From contig JBFGJG010000002.1 of NCBI GenBank assembly GCA_041577295.1, positions 160,001-224,000 of the forward strand: a stretch of DNA of 64,000 nucleotides, read 5' to 3'. The position numbers and the translations under genes are program-made. Of the stretch, positions 58,901 through 64,000 are shown one piece after another (position 1 is the stretch's first letter; each line of letters opens with the position of its first letter). The DNA is from Gemmatimonadales bacterium (lineage in GTDB: Bacteria; Gemmatimonadota; Gemmatimonadetes; Gemmatimonadales; GWC2-71-9). The notes beneath the pieces were generated by a model. It worked only from the letters and a program-made list of their open reading frames with translations. It did not search any database and was not told where the DNA came from.

Positions 58901-60574
58901 TTACTTTTTCTTTGACTGGTGCCGCTGCTTCTCTTTTGCGATCAGCCATTGCTGTGGTATGCTCGCAATGTTGCTCACCGCGTAATACAAGTTGAGCCCC
59001 GAGGAAAAGTTGAGAAACAGGACAGTCAACACCACGGGCATCACATACGTAATCATTTTAGTCTGTGGGTTGGGCGGGATCCCCATCTGACCGATTTTGG
59101 ATACCCCGAACATCGAGAGCCCCATAACCACCGGAATAATGAATAACGGATCGGCTCGCGAGAGATCCGGTAACCAGAGAAACGGCACGCCACGGAACTC
59201 GATCGTCTCGCGGAAGACAAAGAACAAAGCGAACAGCACCGGCATGGGGATCAGCATCGGGAGACAGCCGCCAAGCGGGTTCACCTGGTGCTCCTTGTAC
59301 AACTTCATCATCTCCTGCTGGAGCTTCGGTGCGTCGTTCTTATAGCGCTCTTGTAGCGCCTTCAACTCGGGCTGGACCGCCTACATCGCAATGCTGGAGC
59401 GCATCGCTTTTTGATTGAGGGGCCACAGCACCACCCGCACCGCCAGACCAAACAGAATGAGTACCCATCCGTAGGCGAGGTTCAGGTTCTCGTGCATCCA
59501 GATGAGCACCCAGACGATGGCGCCGGCAAACGGCCGAATCACCGGCCGGAAAATCCAACCATAGGGGTTGATGTCGTTGAACTCGTGTCCGATTCGGTTG
59601 AGCCGGTGGTACTCCTGCGGGCCCGCGTACACCGAGTATGAAAACACGCCACCAGGGGCGGCCAGCGAGACGTCCACGAATGTGCGAACCGCATGCTTGC
59701 CGGAAGGGAGGCCTCCCTCGGCCACCGCACCGCCGAACCGCGTCTGATTCTGGTCCACGGCCATGACAGCGACGGCGAAGTACTTCGACTTCACAGCGAC
59801 CCACTCGAACGGACCCGAGAGCTCCCGCCGCTCCCCAAAATCCAGCGAACCGAACTTCAGGCTCTCGGTCTTGTTGGCTTTGGTCACCACGGCGTATGCG
59901 CGAAAATCTTCGACGCTGTCTGCTTCGACCAAAGCAATGCGCGGCCCGAGACCAATAAACAACAGCCCCCGAGTGGCAATCTCCGAGAAGTTGCCCCGCA
60001 CATCGAAGACGTAATGATCGGGTCGAAATTCATATTCGAGCCGTACCGTGGCACCACCCCGCTCGGCAACCCATGACAGGACAGTGGCAGAATCTCGCAC
60101 CTCGAGAGCGGTAGTCGACGGTTGAAACCGCCAATCAGCGAGTGAGACCGTGTCATCACCCATAACCAGGCGCGTTCGCAGAAACTGCGACGTGTCCGGA
60201 ATGATCTGGGCGATACCTGAATCGCCGGGGGCATACGACCGATAGTTCTTGAGCACCGCCTGCACTAGGCGACCACCACGGCTCGAAAACACGAAACGAT
60301 AGAGCGGTGAGTCGACGGTGACGAGTTGAGCTGGTTGTGAGTCAGGACCCGCCGGTGGGAGCGGGGCGGTGTCCGGCGTGACCGCGGGGGGCTTACGAGC
60401 CGAAGTGTCCGGCAGAGCGACCGGTGGAACGCGGGCGATTGTGTCTGCCACTTGCGTGACACTGTCCGCACCCGAGCCAGTGGGCCGCGGGCTTGGCTTC
60501 GGTGCGAAGAAGAGCGAGGGAAGAATCGCGACGATCAACATCAGGCCGATCGCCAGCAATGTGCGTCGTTCCAT
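58901..60574 (-). CDS. yidC: Membrane protein insertase YidC, interrupted by one in-frame TAG at 59381-59383
   Basis: The two ORF-track pieces are in the same frame: ...SSIAM-*-AVQPELKALQERYK...NPLGGCLP. Position between yidD and mnmE matches the usual operon. Confidence 0.9.
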
Positions 60575-60583
60575 ATCAGCAGG

Positions 60584-60823
60584 TCATGGCACGGGATCGT
60601 GCCCGCCGGCATGAAACGGATGACACCTGAGTATCCGTCGCATCGCGAGCCACCCGCCCTTGAGCGCACCGTAGCGGTTCACCGCTTCCAAAGCGTAACT
60701 CGAGCATGTCGGATGGTAGCGGCACGGTGAAGGCAGCGGCGAGGCTGCCACCTGATAGGCGCGGATCAATCCGGCGACGACGCGGCGGGGAACGCGGCCT
60801 ACGTTCTGAGCCAATCTTGCCAT
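60584..60823 (-). CDS. yidD: Membrane protein insertion efficiency factor YidD
   Basis: [14 protein letters not shown]...[15 protein letters not shown]. Confidence 0.95.
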   Translation of the reverse strand: MARLAQNVGRVPRRVVAGLIRAYQVAASPLPSPCRYHPTCSSYALEAVNRYGALKGGWLAMRRILRCHPFHAGGHDPVP

Positions 60824-61143
60824 CCGCCGAATTCGGCTGCCAGCCGGTGGAAATCGGCGTTATACGCTCGACTGCGCGACCGGATGACGAGGTCCATAGA
60901 CGTCAGGTGCGGTAGGAGTTGGCGGCGGGCGAGTTCACGGAGCCTGCGCCGCAAGCGGTTACGCTGCACAATCGTGGCGCCGTGTCTTGGGATGACGAGA
61001 CCGATCCGGGGGTGTCCGCGCTCGTTGGGGAGCCAAGCAAAGTCGAGAAGCGGTGTCCGACGGTGCTTGCCCAGCCGCAACACCGCAGTGATCTCCGCTG
61101 TCCGGTTGAGTCGCCAGCTCCGTGGGAGCCGCTCGCTGCTCAA
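60799..61143 (-). CDS. rnpA: Ribonuclease P protein component
   Basis: RIGLVI and [15 protein letters not shown] start with GGAGG RBS overlaps the rpmH stop. Confidence 0.9.
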   Translation of the reverse strand: MSSERLPRSWRLNRTAEITAVLRLGKHRRTPLLDFAWLPNERGHPRIGLVIPRHGATIVQRNRLRRRLRELARRQLLPHLTSMDLVIRSRSRAYNADFHRLAAEFGGWQDWLRT

Positions 61144-61301
61144 CGCCCTCCGTGTTTGGACGGTAACTGGACGGCAAGCCGCTTCCGGCCCTTTTTGCGT
61201 CGCCGATTGAGGATTGCACGTCCCCAACGTGTTTGCATCCGTGCCCGGAACCCATGCTTACTCGAACGCCGCTTGTTGCGCGGCCGATATGTCGGCTTCA
61301 T
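61140..61301 (-). CDS. rpmH: 50S ribosomal protein L34 (53 aa, below the ORF-track cutoff)
   Basis: [42 protein letters not shown]. Confidence 0.96.
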   Translation of the reverse strand: MKPTYRPRNKRRSSKHGFRARMQTRWGRAILNRRRKKGRKRLAVQLPSKHGGR

Positions 61302-61376
61302 ACGTAACTCTCGCTACACGCTGTGCTTGTGGGGGAGGAAAGCTAGTTGCGATGTCCGAGTGGGGTCAAGGTTGAC

Positions 61377-61385
61377 TTTTCCACA
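61377..61385 (+). promoter_or_regulatory. DnaA box in the dnaA promoter region
   Basis: TTTTCCACA matches the TTWTNCACA consensus. Confidence 0.6.
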
Positions 61386-61445
61386 CGGGTGCGGTACGTT
61401 CGGTCGCCCTTTCGAACCACCTACCCGTTGACAACACAATCGCTG

Positions 61446-62828
61446 ATGGAGTTGTCTGCCAAAGACGCATGGGCACGTCTCCTCGAAGCTGCACGGCATG
61501 AACTCCCTGACGCCACCGTTCGAACCTGGCTCGAGCCCGTTGAAGCGATCGTTTTTCGCGACGGAAGGTTGGTTCTCGGTGCGCCTGATCAATTCGCCGT
61601 CGAATGGAACCAGTCCAAGCACTGTCCAACCCTGACCCGTCTGGCCGGCGACGCGCTCGGCGCTTCACTTGAGATTGTTTTTCAGGTGCAAGAAGAACGC
61701 GCACGTCGGCCGCAGATGGATTTTTTCGTTGCCCCTCCACCGGGGGCCAAGAGTGGTCCGCCCGTCGGATCCACTCGGCCACTCAACGAGCGGTATTCAT
61801 TCAAGACGTTTGTCATCGGGAAATCCAATGAGCTCGCCGCGGCTGCCGCCCACGCGGTCGCCGAGGCCCCTGGCAAGACGTACAATCCCCTCTTCATTTA
61901 TGGAGCGACCGGCCTAGGAAAAACTCACCTCATGCAAGCCATCGCGCATGCCGTGCTCGAACGGGACGGCGGGAACCGCGTGGTCTACATGGGGGCCGAG
62001 CAGTTCATCAATGAGGTGATCGAGAGCATCCACAGCCGTACGATGGCGGAGTTCCGCAAGCGGTACCGCACCGAGGTGGACATCTTCCTGGTCGACGACG
62101 TGCACTTCCTGGAGGGCAAGGAGATGACCCAGGAAGAGTTCTTTCACACGTTCAACGCCCTACATGAAGCCGGAAAGCAAATCGTGCTCACGTCGGACCG
62201 CGCACCAAAGGAAATCCCGGGTCTCGAGTCGCGTCTCGTGAGTCGGTTCGAGTGGGGGATGGTCGCCGACATCGGGCAGCCAGACCTAGAGCACCGCATT
62301 GCCATCCTGCGGAAGAAGGCGGAGCAAGATCATCTCGAGCTGACGATTCCGGACGATGTCCTGCGCTTCATCGCCGAGCACGTCCGCAGCTCCGTCCGCG
62401 AACTCGAAGGCTGCATCATCAAACTGCTCTTGTACGCCTCGCTGAAACACCGTGAGGTCACCATCGACCTCGCTCGAGAAGCGTTGGCCGATAAGATAAA
62501 GCAAGCAGAGTTGACCCGCGGGGACAGCGAACCGACACTGCCGACAGTGGACCGTGTGCAAGAAGTAGTTGCCCGGCGGTGGGGTGTAACACCAGAAGGG
62601 CTCCGGTCGAAGGCACGGACCAAGACCCTGACGGCCCCTCGACAGGTTGCAATGTTTCTCGCACGGGAACTACTCGGGATGCAGCTCGTGGAGATCGGTC
62701 AGGCGTTTGGCGGGCGAGATCATTCCACGGTCATTCACAGCCTGGACAAGGTACAACGGGAAATGGCCCGCGACCGTCGGTTCCGTGACCGTGTTGATCT
62801 GGCGCGAAAGGAGCTCGCCACCAGGTAG
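61446..62828 (+). CDS. dnaA: Chromosomal replication initiator DnaA
   Basis: YNPLFIYGATGLGKTHL, QEEFFHTFN, RELEG and GGRDHSTV. Confidence 0.98.
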   Translation: MELSAKDAWARLLEAARHELPDATVRTWLEPVEAIVFRDGRLVLGAPDQFAVEWNQSKHCPTLTRLAGDALGASLEIVFQVQEERARRPQMDFFVAPPPGAKSGPPVGSTRPLNERYSFKTFVIGKSNELAAAAAHAVAEAPGKTYNPLFIYGATGLGKTHLMQAIAHAVLERDGGNRVVYMGAEQFINEVIESIHSRTMAEFRKRYRTEVDIFLVDDVHFLEGKEMTQEEFFHTFNALHEAGKQIVLTSDRAPKEIPGLESRLVSRFEWGMVADIGQPDLEHRIAILRKKAEQDHLELTIPDDVLRFIAEHVRSSVRELEGCIIKLLLYASLKHREVTIDLAREALADKIKQAELTRGDSEPTLPTVDRVQEVVARRWGVTPEGLRSKARTKTLTAPRQVAMFLARELLGMQLVEIGQAFGGRDHSTVIHSLDKVQREMARDRRFRDRVDLARKELATR

Positions 62829-63060
62829 AAAATGTGGAGTGAACCTGTGGACGGTATGTGAGAAGCGTGAAAGGACGCGGCTGTTCCACTAGCATTCCAC
62901 GCCTATCACCACGAGATTCACACGGCAAAATGCCCTAACAGCAACGCAACAGAAGGGTTGCAGCATTTGTCCAGATATCCAGACACCCTACTAGCACTAC
63001 TATAGTTTTATAAATAGAGTAGGAGTAGGTAGTTCTTTCCACGATACGAGATAGCGAGCT
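62829..63060. other. Probable replication origin oriC
   Basis: dnaA-dnaN intergenic region with degenerate DnaA boxes (tgtggagtg, tgtggacgg, tgttccact, cattccacg, gattcacac), DnaA-trio-like ctactagcactactat and an AT-rich tatagttttataaata stretch. Confidence 0.8.
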
Positions 63061-64000
63061 ATGAAGTTCACCATAACCCGGGAGCGGCTCCACGAGGGCC
63101 TGACGGCGGTGGCGGCGAGCGTGCCGACCAAGACAACCTTACCGGTTCTGTCGAACATCCTGGTCGATGCGACCGGTGACTTGATTCGGCTGGCGGGGAC
63201 CGACTTGGATACGGCGGTTACGACGGCGGTGCCGGGAGAAGTGGATGACGAGGGCGCCGTCACGCTGCCCGCACGAAAACTCCTGGAAATCGTTCGGGAA
63301 CTCCCGAGCGCGGCAATCAGGGTGACCAGCTCGGGTGAGCAGCGGGTCAGTCTCGAGTGTGGCCGGTCCCGCTTTAAGCTGCTCGGCATCCCCAAGGACG
63401 AGTTCCCCAGCTTCCCACCGGTGAGCTTCGAGCAGAGCTGGTCCGTGGCTTCCACCGACCTACAGAAGCTGGTGCACCATGTGTCGTTCGCCGCGTCCAC
63501 CGAGGAGAGCCGACCGATTCTCAATGGCGTCCTCTGGGAGCAGCGGGGAGATCGGATGCGGATGGTCGCAACCAATGGACACCGCTTGGCAAAGATGGAC
63601 GTCCCCATCTCCGGCGGTGGGACCGACGACTTCATCGTTCCGCCCCGTGCGCTCGAGCAGGTTCGACGCCTCTTTGGGCCGTCTGACGAGGTGGAGATTG
63701 CGAAATCGGACAACCACCTGGGCTTTCGCGGAGGGTCTACCCAGGTTTACACGCGGTTGATTGAGGGACCATACCCCAACTACGAGCAGGTCATTCCGCG
63801 CGAAAACGACAAGTCCGCCACCGTGGACAAAGAGGCGCTCTCCGCCGCCCTACGGCGCGTCGGTGTAGTTGCGAGCGATCAGACTCATCGGGTGCGTCTC
63901 GCCTTCACCAGCGCGGTGCTCAAGTTCAGCGTGAGCACGCCCGATCTCGGAGACGCGCAGGACGAGATCGCCGTGACGTACGACGGTGACGCGCTGGAAA
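63061..64000 (+). CDS. dnaN: DNA polymerase III beta sliding clamp, 3' end outside the window
   Basis: MKFTITRERL...TTLPVLSNIL...GTDLD...SRPILNGV...ATNGHRL...LIEGPYPNYEQVIP. Confidence 0.96.
   Translation, partial: MKFTITRERLHEGLTAVAASVPTKTTLPVLSNILVDATGDLIRLAGTDLDTAVTTAVPGEVDDEGAVTLPARKLLEIVRELPSAAIRVTSSGEQRVSLECGRSRFKLLGIPKDEFPSFPPVSFEQSWSVASTDLQKLVHHVSFAASTEESRPILNGVLWEQRGDRMRMVATNGHRLAKMDVPISGGGTDDFIVPPRALEQVRRLFGPSDEVEIAKSDNHLGFRGGSTQVYTRLIEGPYPNYEQVIPRENDKSATVDKEALSAALRRVGVVASDQTHRVRLAFTSAVLKFSVSTPDLGDAQDEIAVTYDGDALE

Noticed and set aside
58901..60574. Genome-wide TAG-to-Gln recoding as the explanation for the yidC stop
   Set aside because: dnaA, mnmE, pruA, ndh and others end at TAG at their expected C-termini.

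Overview
High-GC bacterial chromosome segment that ends at the replication origin (mnmE-yidC-yidD-rnpA-rpmH | dnaA-oriC-dnaN). The gene architectures, such as the Ser/Thr kinase-PD40 fusion, suggest Gemmatimonadota (inference). Most of the window is housekeeping: two glutamine synthetases, dps, mqnD, lemA/htpX, archease/rtcB, lepB, pruA, ndh, upp, an ECF sigma/anti-sigma pair, holA, mutS, cbs, queD, ddl and three tRNAs (Cys, Arg-UCG, Phe). No integrase, transposase or CRISPR-Cas was seen. Five features stand out. (1) A TPR protein convergent with a 50-aa lipopeptide gene, itself divergent from an AraC-type regulator with 21-bp-spaced direct repeats between them: a possible Rap-Phr-like peptide signalling cassette in a diderm. 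(2) A ~430-nt highly structured intergenic unit with its own promoter and terminator, convergent with rtcB: a candidate large ncRNA. (3) A 13-unit array of 21-bp palindromic repeats upstream of glnA. (4) A Cyc2-like cytochrome-porin plus a lipoprotein cytochrome. (5) An in-frame TAG inside yidC. All calls come from reading the sequence by eye; no searches were run.
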